From: a virus | DNA: 64,000 nt | Virus record (IMG/VR): IMGVR_UViG_3300032164_000004 | Location: 1 to 64,000 of that record | Strand: one strand, 5' to 3' | The notes under the pieces: generated by a model | What the model saw: only the letters and a program-made list of their open reading frames with translations | Databases searched by the model: none | Told to the model about the DNA's origin: nothing | Translations under genes and position numbers: made by a program | Part shown: one piece after another, positions 9,049-19,142 of the stretch | How positions within the stretch are numbered: position 1 is the stretch's first letter | How the letters are laid out: each line of letters starts with the position of its first letter

Positions 9049-10281
9049 ATGCCACCTCCTAATATCTTAATAAATCCGAATCGTTATAAAATTTTAACTC
9101 CTAATGGATTTGAAGATTTTGTTGGTATTAGGAAAGTAATAAAACCTTTTCATATTCGGTTATTATTGAGTGATAATTCAGAAATATCTTGTTCTGATAA
9201 TCATCCCCTCATATCTTTAGATGATTCCATCGTATTTGCAGGCCAATTAAAACCTCAAGATTACATAAAAACAAAAGAATCTCCTCTTTGGGTTAAATCG
9301 ATTGAAAAAATAAATGGAGAAATAGAACTTTATGATATAGTGGATTCTGGTAAGGATAATTTATATTATGCGAATAATGTGGTTTCACATAATTGTGAGT
9401 TCATAGGTTCCTCTAACACACTGATTTCAAAGAGGAAACTTCGTTTATTGGCAAATGCTCATCATAGACCATTATATTCTCAAGATGGATTAGATGTATA
9501 TGAGGATCCTATGGTAGATATTTTAGAAGATAGAGATGGATTTAAAGAAAATCGACCAAGAAAATATGTCTTATGCGCCGATACGGCGCAAGGAAAATCT
9601 TTAGATTACTCATCATTCGTTGTTGTGGATGTAACAGAATTTCCGTATAAAGTGGTGGCTAAATACCGAAGTAACTTAATTAGTCCTTTAATATATCCAA
9701 ATACAATTTATAATGTAGCTAAAAAATATCATAATGCCCACGTTTTAATAGAAGTTAATGATGCGGGATATCAAGTATCCCAAATGTTACATTACGATTT
9801 AGAATATGATAATATCCTAACATGTGTTATTAAAGGGAGAACAGGACAACAATTATCTGCGGGATTTGCCAAAACGACTCAGTTTGGGGTTAAGATGACA
9901 ACTCCAGTTAAGAAGACCGGATGCGCTAACCTTAAATCTCTTATTGAAAGCAATAAACTCTTACTTTGGGATTATGACACTATTGCCGAAATGACAACAT
10001 TCGTTAATGTTGGAAATTCATTTAAAGCTGAAGAAGGATGCCACGATGATTTGGTTATGTCTATGGTAATATTTTCGTGGGTCGCTTCTCAGAAATATTT
10101 TAGAGAAATGGTTGAAACGGATATCCGTTTAAACATGCAACAGGATATGGAGGATCAATTAGAATATAATATGTTACCTCCTCCTTTAATAAATGATGGT
10201 AACTCGCCAGAAGAAATAATTACGGAAACCGATGTATGGCGTCCGGTTTATGATTTCACAGAACGATATCCGCAATTTTAA
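9049..10281 (+). CDS. gp17: Terminase large subunit part 3: C-intein 2 (9049-9393) + nuclease domain
   Basis: CSDNHP block B, YYANNVVSHN|CEFIGSSNTLI; DTAQGKSLDYS, IEVND, GCHDDLVM. Confidence 0.92.
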   Translation: MPPPNILINPNRYKILTPNGFEDFVGIRKVIKPFHIRLLLSDNSEISCSDNHPLISLDDSIVFAGQLKPQDYIKTKESPLWVKSIEKINGEIELYDIVDSGKDNLYYANNVVSHNCEFIGSSNTLISKRKLRLLANAHHRPLYSQDGLDVYEDPMVDILEDRDGFKENRPRKYVLCADTAQGKSLDYSSFVVVDVTEFPYKVVAKYRSNLISPLIYPNTIYNVAKKYHNAHVLIEVNDAGYQVSQMLHYDLEYDNILTCVIKGRTGQQLSAGFAKTTQFGVKMTTPVKKTGCANLKSLIESNKLLLWDYDTIAEMTTFVNVGNSFKAEEGCHDDLVMSMVIFSWVASQKYFREMVETDIRLNMQQDMEDQLEYNMLPPPLINDGNSPEEIITETDVWRPVYDFTERYPQF

Positions 10282-10343
10282 AATACCACAAACTATAAAT
10301 ACTATATGAAATTTAATGATTTTATTAGATAAGGAGAAAAAAC

Positions 10344-12791
10344 ATGGGATTTCCAATTAGTCCAGCCGTGAATGTAAGTGAAATCGACCTAACAACGGTT
10401 GTTCCTGGTTTAGGTACAACTGGTGGAGCATTTGCTGGAGCATTTCAGTGGGGACCTGTTCTAGACAGGACATTAGTGGACAGCGAATTAGTATTAGTTA
10501 ATCGTTTCGGTAAACCGAATGATGATACCTTTAAGAGCTTTTTTACTTGTGCGGATTATTTAGCTTATGCGAATAACCTTACTGTTGTAAGAGTTGTTGG
10601 TACTGCGGCCAAAAATGCTGTTTGTACTGGTTCCGCAATATTAGTTAAAAATGAAGATCATTACGAGAACACATTTGCCGATGGTACCAACAGTGTTGGT
10701 CCTTGGGCCGCAAAATATCCGGGTACTTTAGGTAATTCATTAAAAGTTTCTATTGCCGATCAGGGTAATTATGGAACTTGGGCATATAAAGATGAATTTG
10801 ATTCTGCTCCAGGTACTTCGGAATGGGCGGAAAAAACAGGAGCGACAAGAGATGAATTACATGTTGTGGTTGTAGATGAAGACGGATTATGGACAGGTGT
10901 TCAAGGAGAGATATTAGAGAAGTTTGGCTATTGTTCAAAAGCATCCGACGCTAAATCACCAAATGGAAGTTCAATTTACTACATGAATGTGGTTAATAGA
11001 ACTTCAAAATATATTTGGTGGATGGATCATCCAACAACGGTAACTAATTGGGGTATAGCAGCCGGAACAACGCGATTTGATTTATTGTCAACCAGTGTAG
11101 TTGTTGTAACCGAAACACATACCGGAACATTTGAAGCTGATGAAGATGTGGTTGTTTATGAAGCTATATTAGATACGCTAAGTGTAGATGTACCGGGTAC
11201 GGAATATGTTACGCCTCCAACTATAGCATTTAGTGGTGGTGGTGGAATAGATGGCGAAGTCACTCAAGCTACAGGACATGTTCATCTCACGGAAGCTTTA
11301 CTTCATAGTTTTACCATTGTGGATGCGGGTTCTGGATTTACAGAAGCACCAACTATAACATTTAGTGGTGGAGGTAGAACTGGGGCAAGTGGCGCAACAC
11401 AAGCTACAGGACATGTTCATATTGGTATTACAGGTGCGGATACAGGAAAAATTACAGAATTCACATTAGATACTACTGGAACTAATTACACTTGTTCTCC
11501 TACAATTACACTTCATGCTACAACAGGTGCCGAACCAATAGGTACTGCGGCTATAACAGCTATTATGACTACTGCCGGTGGTGCAACAGGTTCTATTGCA
11601 TCCGCTCACGTTGATACTCCAGGTTCAGGATATACCCTTGAACCAACAATTACACTTACCGTTACTAGTGGCGGATCTAATGGTGTTATTCTTCCTATAG
11701 TAGATCGAACAGATGAATATGTTATTAAAACCGCAGTAGTTGATTCATGGACAGTAGGTACGCATACTTTAATGATAACCCCAACATTAGGTGAACTTTT
11801 TGTACAAGATGAACCAATAGTTGGTGTAGATAGTGGAGCAACCGCTGATGTTGATTCAGTAACAACACCTACGGTAGCTTATAGTTTGACCGGTGGAGTA
11901 ACAACCGCACCAGCAGATGGAGATATTCAAACTGGATTAGATGAATTTGTAAATGCTGAAACCGTAGATGTAGGATTAATCTTAACTGGTGCGGCAAGCA
12001 CAACTGTAGCCGAGTATGCTATCGATAATATCGCCGAAGTTCGTAAAGATTGTGTAGTATTTATTTCACCTTTAATGGCAGATGTGGTTAATAATCCTGG
12101 CGATGAAGCGGACGATATTGTTGTAACCAGAAATGCTTTAACATCTTCAAGTTATGCTTTTATGGATGGAAATTGGTATTATCGGTATGATAAGTATAAT
12201 GACAGATATCGTTGGGTACCATGTAACGGCAGTGTTGCTGGATTAGCAGCAAGAACCGATGATATTCGGGATCCTTGGTATTCTTTCGCCGGTCTAAATC
12301 GCGGTATTTTGAAGAACGTTGTTAAGTTAGCTTGGAATCCATCAAAAGCTTTTAGAGATCAATTATATAAGAGCGGTGTTAATTCTATCGTTTCCTTCCA
12401 AGGTCAAGGTACGGTTTTATATGGAGATAAAACTCTATTATCCAAACCAAGTGCTTTTGATAGAATCAATGTTCGTAGGTTATTCATAGTATTAGAAAAA
12501 TCTATAGCTACAGCGGCTAAATATACCTTATTCGAATTTAATGATGAATTTACTCGGGCTCAATTCCGAACTCTCATTGAACCATTTTTAAGAGATGTCC
12601 AAGGACGTAGAGGAATCTTTGATTTTAAAGTGGTTTGTGATACCACAAACAATACACCTGAAGTAATTGATACTAATAGATTTATAGGTGACATTTATGT
12701 TAAACCAGCTAGAAGTATTAATTTTATCCAACTTAATTTCTGCGCCGTGCGTACCGGTGTGGCATTTGAAGAAATAGTTGGAAAATTTTAA
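10344..12791 (+). CDS. gp18: Contractile tail sheath protein (gp18) with inserted repeat domain
   Basis: SPAVNVSEIDLT, FQWGP, PWYSFAGLNRG, FDRINVRRLF, KPARSINFI; TATAAATA upstream. Confidence 0.97.
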   Translation: MGFPISPAVNVSEIDLTTVVPGLGTTGGAFAGAFQWGPVLDRTLVDSELVLVNRFGKPNDDTFKSFFTCADYLAYANNLTVVRVVGTAAKNAVCTGSAILVKNEDHYENTFADGTNSVGPWAAKYPGTLGNSLKVSIADQGNYGTWAYKDEFDSAPGTSEWAEKTGATRDELHVVVVDEDGLWTGVQGEILEKFGYCSKASDAKSPNGSSIYYMNVVNRTSKYIWWMDHPTTVTNWGIAAGTTRFDLLSTSVVVVTETHTGTFEADEDVVVYEAILDTLSVDVPGTEYVTPPTIAFSGGGGIDGEVTQATGHVHLTEALLHSFTIVDAGSGFTEAPTITFSGGGRTGASGATQATGHVHIGITGADTGKITEFTLDTTGTNYTCSPTITLHATTGAEPIGTAAITAIMTTAGGATGSIASAHVDTPGSGYTLEPTITLTVTSGGSNGVILPIVDRTDEYVIKTAVVDSWTVGTHTLMITPTLGELFVQDEPIVGVDSGATADVDSVTTPTVAYSLTGGVTTAPADGDIQTGLDEFVNAETVDVGLILTGAASTTVAEYAIDNIAEVRKDCVVFISPLMADVVNNPGDEADDIVVTRNALTSSSYAFMDGNWYYRYDKYNDRYRWVPCNGSVAGLAARTDDIRDPWYSFAGLNRGILKNVVKLAWNPSKAFRDQLYKSGVNSIVSFQGQGTVLYGDKTLLSKPSAFDRINVRRLFIVLEKSIATAAKYTLFEFNDEFTRAQFRTLIEPFLRDVQGRRGIFDFKVVCDTTNNTPEVIDTNRFIGDIYVKPARSINFIQLNFCAVRTGVAFEEIVGKF

Positions 12792-12815
12792 GTTAGAGAT
12801 ATAGGAGAAAATACA

Positions 12816-13358
12816 ATGCCATTTAATCTTACTGAATTTAGATCGAATCTAGTTGGAAGCGGCACCAGACCAAATTTATTCCAAATCGAATTGCAATTTC
12901 CACCTGCTGCTATCGATAACGAAGCCGCTAGGTTAGTTACATTTTTAGCTGAAGCATCAAGTTTACCAGCGGACTATGTTGGTGTTATTCCGGTTGCATA
13001 TTTCGGCCGTGAATTAAAATATCCTGGAGATAGACGATTTGAACCTTGGTATATTCAAGTTATTAATGATGAGAATTTCAAAATTCGTGATGCCTTTGAA
13101 CGGTGGATGAATACATTAAATCAACATGTGGCAAATCTGAGAAGTCCTGCCGCAGCAATTCCTAGAGGATATTGTGTTGATGCGGTGGTTAAACAGTATG
13201 CGAAGATTGGTGGAGAACCAATCAAAGAATATACTATGACCGGTGCATGGCCGTCGAATGTTAGTTCCATAGATTTAGCGTGGGAATCGGTCGATACATT
13301 AGAGCGTTTTATGGTTACTTTCCAGTACCAATGGTGGACAAGCAATACTACCACATAA
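12816..13358 (+). CDS. gp19: Tail tube protein (gp19)
   Basis: RPNLF, GRELKYPGDRRFEPW, FMVTFQYQWW. Confidence 0.95.
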   Translation: MPFNLTEFRSNLVGSGTRPNLFQIELQFPPAAIDNEAARLVTFLAEASSLPADYVGVIPVAYFGRELKYPGDRRFEPWYIQVINDENFKIRDAFERWMNTLNQHVANLRSPAAAIPRGYCVDAVVKQYAKIGGEPIKEYTMTGAWPSNVSSIDLAWESVDTLERFMVTFQYQWWTSNTTT

Positions 13359-13377
13359 TTGAAATATTGTTTTAATT

Positions 13378-13407
13378 GGGGGTCGGATGCTTAGGCGTTC
13401 GGTCCCC
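13378..13407 (+). terminator. GC-rich hairpin between gp19 and gp20 (terminator or stabiliser)
   Basis: gggggtcggatgc-ttag-gcgttcggtcccc; no U-tract. Confidence 0.45.
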
Positions 13408-13422
13408 CACATACATATTAAT

Positions 13423-16125
13423 ATGGCCACAAAACAAAAACCTAAAACAAACAGACGTCCTGTGACGAAGAAGAATGATACTAAAGGTCAAATCATAAAT
13501 GAACAGTTTGTTAATGTTATAGAAAACCAAGTACAAAATGGGGAAATAACTTTATCAGAGGCTTTTCAATTATTTGGTTTTCAATTAGGTAAAAAAGATA
13601 AAGGAAAAGAAATTAATCCTTCGTTTGCTATGCCTGCAAATGAGGATGGTGCTCTTACCCTCCAAACAGGTGCAATCTATGGCACATACGTTGACATGGA
13701 TGGTACTGCAAAAAACGAAGTAGAATTAATTACTAGATATAGAGAAGCCGCATTACATCCTGAATGTGATTCGGCTATTGAAGATATTGTAAATGAATCT
13801 ATTGTATGTGAGGAAGATGAACAAGTAATAGAAATAAACCTAGAAGAATTTCCATTACGTGGTTATAGTCCAGAATTCGGCCAATACGTGAAAGCTGAAT
13901 TTGATAATGTTTTAGACCTTTTAAACTTTAGAGATGAAGGGCACAACATATTCAAACGTTGGTATATTGATGGAAGATTATTTTACCATACTATTATAGA
14001 TAATGAAGCTCCAGCAGAAGGTATTAAAGAATTACGTTATTTGGATCCTAGAAGAATACGAAAGATTCGGGAACAAAAGAAAAGGTTAAATGAGTTTGGT
14101 GTTGAAGTTGTGGATAGAATTGATGAATATTATGTTTATAATGAGCGAGGAATAAACAACGCAAATGCGACCGCTGTTATAGGAGTCCGAATATCAGAGG
14201 ATTCCATTGTTTATTCCCATTCAGGATTAGTAGAATCCGGTAAAACACATATAATTTTAAGTCATCTACATAAAGCTTTAAAACCATTAAATCAACTTCG
14301 CCATATCGAAGATGCGGTGGTAATTTACAGATTAAGCCGGGCGCCGGAACGTAGGATATTTTACATTGATGTTGGTAATTTACCTAAGATAAAAGCCGAA
14401 CAATACCTTAGAGATATTATGTTAAAGTATCGGAATAAGTTGGTGTATGATTCCAATACTGGTGAATTAAGAGACGATAAGAAATTCTTATCGATGATGG
14501 AAGACTATTGGCTCCCCCGTCGCGAAGGTTGCATTTGCCTAGACGAGAAGATAAGTCTTTTAGATGGTAGATCTTGCGAGCTATCAAAATTAATCAAAGA
14601 ACATAATTCTGGAATTCAAAATTATACGCTAAGTGTGAGTTCAGATGGTACCATAGTACCTGGTAAAATTTCATGGGCTGGTATAACTAGGAGAAATTCG
14701 GAAGTAATGAAAATTACTTTAGATAATGATGAAAGTGTTACCTCTACTTTAGACCATAAATTTATCTTGAGAACAGGTGAAAAAATTGAGGCAAAAGACT
14801 TAAAAGTTGGTGATTCTTTAATGCCTCTATACACTAGATTGCATCACGTTTCTCCAAATAGAAAGAGTGGAGAATATTTACAGATATTTGATAATAAATC
14901 CGAAAAATGGAAATTCACACATACATTGGTATCCGATTATTTTAATCGTAAAAAAGAAATTAATGAAGTTGTGCACCACGATAATCTCAATAGATTTGAT
15001 AATAGTCCAAAAAATCTCACTTTGATGGATAAAAAGAAACATTGGGCATTACACTCCACAATGGGTACCAAATCCTGGGAGAATGGAAATCGAGAGGAAC
15101 ATTGTAAGAATCTTTCTATTGCCGGTAAAGAATTTTTTGAAACTGAAGAGGGATTAAAAAGACGCCAAGAAATCTCCGACAACAATAGAGTAAATCCAAA
15201 TATAGTGAACGGTTTTACTAATGGTCGAGAAAAAATAAAAGCTTTAAGAGAACAGGATAAATTAAATCTTTCTAAAGAAGAATATCTTGCTAAATGGTCT
15301 CCTGGTCTTAAAAAGATGTTAGAAAATAATTTACGTATAAAGGAAAACAATTTACAAGTAAAAGCCGCACATAATCATAAAGTTAAATCTATTGAGTTTT
15401 TAACCGAACGAATGGACGTTGGAACTTTAACAATTGATGCTAATGAGGAGTATCACGATTATCATAATTTCGCCCTTTCATGCGGCATATTTGTAATGAA
15501 TTCGAAAGGCACAGAAATAGGTACTCTTCCTGGTGGTGAAAATCTGGGAGAAATTACCGACGTTGAGTATTTTGAACAAAAATTATATAGGGCTTTAAAT
15601 GTACCTATATCTAGAATTAAGAGTGAGGGCGGATTTAATCTTGGTCGTTCGGCTGAAATTTCTAGAGATGAAGTCAAATTTTATAAGTTTGTTGTCCGTT
15701 TAAGAAAGAGATTTACTCAATTATTTTTCCAAATATTAAAGACTCAACTTATACTAAAAGGTATAATCCAAGTTGATGAATGGGAGAATTTAAAGAGGGG
15801 TATAAAATTTAAGTTTGCTCAATCATCTTATTATTCGGAACTAAAAGCAGGAGAAATACTTAGAGAACGTGTTGCTACCTTAACAGAAATGAATCCTTTT
15901 GTTGGTACGTATTATTCTATAAATTGGATAAGAAAGAACGTATTAAAACAAACTGAAGATGATATTGTTGAAATAGACCAACAAATAAAAGGAGAACAAG
16001 AAATTATGGCTAATACGTTGGCAACCCAAGCATTAGCACAGCAAATCGCCGGAGCTAGTATGATGGCATTAACACCACAGGCGCAGGGACCCAATTTCCC
16101 CAAATCAAAGCAAGAAGAACCTTAA
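13423..16125 (+). CDS. gp20: Portal protein (gp20) with contiguous intein
   Basis: WYIDGR, RAPERRIFYIDVGNLP, EDYWLPRREG|intein|SKGTEIGTLPGG. Confidence 0.96.
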   Translation: MATKQKPKTNRRPVTKKNDTKGQIINEQFVNVIENQVQNGEITLSEAFQLFGFQLGKKDKGKEINPSFAMPANEDGALTLQTGAIYGTYVDMDGTAKNEVELITRYREAALHPECDSAIEDIVNESIVCEEDEQVIEINLEEFPLRGYSPEFGQYVKAEFDNVLDLLNFRDEGHNIFKRWYIDGRLFYHTIIDNEAPAEGIKELRYLDPRRIRKIREQKKRLNEFGVEVVDRIDEYYVYNERGINNANATAVIGVRISEDSIVYSHSGLVESGKTHIILSHLHKALKPLNQLRHIEDAVVIYRLSRAPERRIFYIDVGNLPKIKAEQYLRDIMLKYRNKLVYDSNTGELRDDKKFLSMMEDYWLPRREGCICLDEKISLLDGRSCELSKLIKEHNSGIQNYTLSVSSDGTIVPGKISWAGITRRNSEVMKITLDNDESVTSTLDHKFILRTGEKIEAKDLKVGDSLMPLYTRLHHVSPNRKSGEYLQIFDNKSEKWKFTHTLVSDYFNRKKEINEVVHHDNLNRFDNSPKNLTLMDKKKHWALHSTMGTKSWENGNREEHCKNLSIAGKEFFETEEGLKRRQEISDNNRVNPNIVNGFTNGREKIKALREQDKLNLSKEEYLAKWSPGLKKMLENNLRIKENNLQVKAAHNHKVKSIEFLTERMDVGTLTIDANEEYHDYHNFALSCGIFVMNSKGTEIGTLPGGENLGEITDVEYFEQKLYRALNVPISRIKSEGGFNLGRSAEISRDEVKFYKFVVRLRKRFTQLFFQILKTQLILKGIIQVDEWENLKRGIKFKFAQSSYYSELKAGEILRERVATLTEMNPFVGTYYSINWIRKNVLKQTEDDIVEIDQQIKGEQEIMANTLATQALAQQIAGASMMALTPQAQGPNFPKSKQEEP
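14530..15501 (+). mobile_element. 324-aa intein with HNH-type endonuclease in the portal
   Basis: Begins CICLDEKISLLDG, TLDHKF block B, VVHHDNLNRFDNSPKNL HNH motif, ends HNFALSCGIFVMN followed by Ser. Confidence 0.92.
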
Positions 16126-16137
16126 AGGAGTTATGAA

Positions 16138-16575
16138 ATGAAACCTATGGTTGATTTTTTTAAATCTGTAGAAGAAAGCAGTATCGAAGGATGTAATTCG
16201 TCTTTACAAAATTTACTTGGAGAAAAAATTCAAGTAAAAATGGCAGAATCATATTTTAATATCGCAAGTACCTGGTTAACCGGTACAGATGAAGAACCTA
16301 CGGAAGTGGTTGAAGATATTGAAGAGGATGAATCTTCTGACGAAATGGTTGAAAGTGTTATTGCAACTCTCGCGGATATAGTTGAAGGTAATGAAGATGC
16401 TATTGTAACCTTCACCAATAACACTTCAACATTTGTAACTCCTAATGTAGCTACCAAATTATTGGAAGTTTGGTTGAGTTTAAATGAAGAAAATAGAGCA
16501 ATATTTATAGATAGACTGGCAGAAGGTCATAATTCTTTTAATACGATGGTGGAGTTTTCATTAAAAGATAAGTAG
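16138..16575 (+). CDS. Acidic prohead core-like protein
   Basis: Acidic; lies between gp20 and gp21. Confidence 0.5.
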   Translation: MKPMVDFFKSVEESSIEGCNSSLQNLLGEKIQVKMAESYFNIASTWLTGTDEEPTEVVEDIEEDESSDEMVESVIATLADIVEGNEDAIVTFTNNTSTFVTPNVATKLLEVWLSLNEENRAIFIDRLAEGHNSFNTMVEFSLKDK

Positions 16576-16583
16576 AGGCAAAT

Positions 16584-17150
16584 ATGGTAGATCCTAGAAT
16601 TTTAGACTATATTGATGCTAGGCAAAATACAAATGCCTATGATTTAATGAAGGACCGTCTAAGTCTTATTATTACAGATAGGCTCCAAGATAAACGGATG
16701 GAACTTGCCGCTAGTATATTTAATCGGGAAATTGACGAAGAAGCGGAAGATTTACAAGAAAAGCGAAGCGTTGGTAGGATTAATAGTTCTATACCTGGGG
16801 TTTCTATGTATGGAATGTCCGCTCCATTTGGTAGAAACGTTCAACGTTATTTATCGCCTAAAAGTTTTATGACTCGTTTGGCTTACAAATACGGATTTAG
16901 ACATTCCCATACGAAACACGTTGAAGGTGGTTCAAAAAAGCATACATTCAGTCATCCGAATGGTAGTCAATTAAGTATTCATTCTGGAGGAGCAAGCGGA
17001 ACTTATTGGGCGCACCATTCTAAATCTGGCTCTAGATGGTCCCATTTGGGTAGTGGTAATACTCATTCAGGATTAAGTAAACATTTTAAAAAATCCTTTA
17101 AATTAAAACCACAAAGATTTCACGAAGAATTGGAGGTTATAAAAGAATAA
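16584..17150 (+). CDS. Prohead core / internal protein-like, with His-rich basic C-terminus
   Basis: Synteny before gp21; LQE and LEV-type possible protease sites. Confidence 0.45.
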   Translation: MVDPRILDYIDARQNTNAYDLMKDRLSLIITDRLQDKRMELAASIFNREIDEEAEDLQEKRSVGRINSSIPGVSMYGMSAPFGRNVQRYLSPKSFMTRLAYKYGFRHSHTKHVEGGSKKHTFSHPNGSQLSIHSGGASGTYWAHHSKSGSRWSHLGSGNTHSGLSKHFKKSFKLKPQRFHEELEVIKE

Positions 17151-17824
17151 TGTTACTTATAACTGAAACTACTGATACGGTTGATTATTTAGTAGAAGGA
17201 GTAGAACCTTCATCTAAGAGACATTTCATTCAAGGAATTTTTCTACAAGCTAATGTTAAGAATCGTAATGGTCGTATATATCCGACAGATATATTAGCAA
17301 AAGAAGTAGATCGCTACACATCCAATTATATCTTACAAGATAGAGCTTTAGGTGAATTAGGGCATCCAGATGGTCCTAGAATTAATTTAGACCGAGTTTC
17401 ACATAAAATTACAGAATTGAAACGTGATGGTAATAATTATGTAGGTAAAGCTATGATTTTAGATACACCAAATGGACGAACAGTAAAAGGTCTTATAGAA
17501 GGTAATGTTAAATTTGGCGTATCAAGTAGGGGAATGGGAACTTTAAAAATGGTTAATGGTGTAAATTATGTAAATGAAGATTTTATGTTGGCTACTGCTG
17601 CGGATATAGTTTCAGATCCTTCAGCGCCTCACGCCTTTGTGAATGGAATAATGGAAGGTGTTGAATGGGTATGGAATAATGGAATTTTTGAAGAACGTCA
17701 TTTAGAAACTGAGAAAACCCGCTTAGATACAGCAGCAAGAAAAGGTCTTATGTCCGAACGATATCAAACGGCTATACTAGAGTCATTTGCTCGGCTTATG
17801 AAAGGACTTGTTTCTAAATCATAA
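17150..17824 (+). CDS. gp21: Prohead protease (gp21)
   Basis: NRNGRIYP, ALGELGHP, GVSSRGMG, DIVSDPSAP. Confidence 0.97.
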   Translation: MLLITETTDTVDYLVEGVEPSSKRHFIQGIFLQANVKNRNGRIYPTDILAKEVDRYTSNYILQDRALGELGHPDGPRINLDRVSHKITELKRDGNNYVGKAMILDTPNGRTVKGLIEGNVKFGVSSRGMGTLKMVNGVNYVNEDFMLATAADIVSDPSAPHAFVNGIMEGVEWVWNNGIFEERHLETEKTRLDTAARKGLMSERYQTAILESFARLMKGLVSKS

Positions 17825-17872
17825 AAATGATAAATAATTTAGTAAATATTAAATGGATTAAGGAGAATATCG

Positions 17873-19090
17873 ATGAGAAAAACGCTTGAAAAAAAGATCC
17901 TAGAGATCATGAGTACAAAGCGCAAAAATTTGAAAGAGGATGTAAGTGGAAATCCTCAAGGAGATGCCGTTAAACCAGCGTGGGATGACCTAGGACCCGC
18001 TATTATAGATCCAAAAGGTACTCTACCGGATTATGGTAAAAGTATTAAACCTGGACAAGCATCATTGCCAGCACAACCAGTAGCTTGTGGACCAGAATCA
18101 TGTCAGGATGATACTATTCCTTTTAAACCCGCCGATTTAAAGGAAACCGAAGATAAAGATGAGGATGATGAGGATGATAAGGATGAAGATCCGGATGATA
18201 AGGATGAAAAGGCGAAAGAAGTGAAGGAAGATTTAACGGCGGATCAAGAAAATGCTCGCCAAAAATCTAAATTGAGTTTAGGCGAACCCATGGGGAAACT
18301 TAACGATAAGAAGAAAAAAGATGAGGATGAAGAAGAGGATGAAGACGGAGATGATGGTGTTGATAAGAAGGAAGTAAAAGAAGATATCAACGCTCTATTC
18401 GTCGGAGAAAATATCTCCGAAGCTTTCAAGCAAAAAGTCGCCCTGATTTATGAAGCATCCGTTAATCTTCGGGTTAAGGCTCTTGTAGAAAAGAGAATAT
18501 CGGAATTAGAGGAATATTATACTCAAACATTTGAAACTGGTATGAATGATATCCGAGAATCTTTAACTACTAAAGTAGATTCTTATTTAAATTTTGTTGT
18601 AGAACAGTGGATGGAAGAAAATAAGTTAGCCATCGAAATGGGTTTAAGAACCGAATTAGTTGAAGAATTTATGTCAAAGTTGAAGAACCTTTTCAATGAG
18701 CATTATATTGAAATTCCGGAAGATAAGGTAGATGTACTCGGTGGTTTAGCTGAAAGAGTACAGGAACTTCAAGATAAATTAGATGAACAAATTACCGCTA
18801 ATATAGCCCTAAAGGAAGAAGTTGATATTCACGGGAAAGAAAAAATCCTAAGAGAAGCATCAATTGGTTTATCAACATCTCAAGCGGATAAGTTAAAACA
18901 GTTGGCTGAAGGTTTAGAATTTAAGGGAACGGATAATTATAGAGAAAGTCTTAAAACCTTAAGAGAATCCTACCATGTAAAGCCAGCTAAAGGAGCAATT
19001 AATCTTACAGAAGAAAAAGATCCTAAAGGTATACCACCAATCGGAGAAATGTCTTCAATTATGAATGCTCTGAGGTTGTCGAGTAAATAA
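17873..19090 (+). CDS. gp22: Prohead core scaffold (gp22)
   Basis: VDSYLNFVVEQWMEENKLAIE; acidic coiled coil. Confidence 0.92.
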   Translation: MRKTLEKKILEIMSTKRKNLKEDVSGNPQGDAVKPAWDDLGPAIIDPKGTLPDYGKSIKPGQASLPAQPVACGPESCQDDTIPFKPADLKETEDKDEDDEDDKDEDPDDKDEKAKEVKEDLTADQENARQKSKLSLGEPMGKLNDKKKKDEDEEEDEDGDDGVDKKEVKEDINALFVGENISEAFKQKVALIYEASVNLRVKALVEKRISELEEYYTQTFETGMNDIRESLTTKVDSYLNFVVEQWMEENKLAIEMGLRTELVEEFMSKLKNLFNEHYIEIPEDKVDVLGGLAERVQELQDKLDEQITANIALKEEVDIHGKEKILREASIGLSTSQADKLKQLAEGLEFKGTDNYRESLKTLRESYHVKPAKGAINLTEEKDPKGIPPIGEMSSIMNALRLSSK

Positions 19091-19142
19091 CGTCTAGGAT
19101 ATGGAAATTATAAATATTAATGATATTTAAGGAGAACTATAG

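Noticed and set aside
9046-9051. Stop-codon reassignment or readthrough at the in-frame TAA-ATG in gp17
   Set aside because: TAA, TAG and TGA all end conserved genes, no suppressor tRNA was found, and the break matches an atypical intein split position
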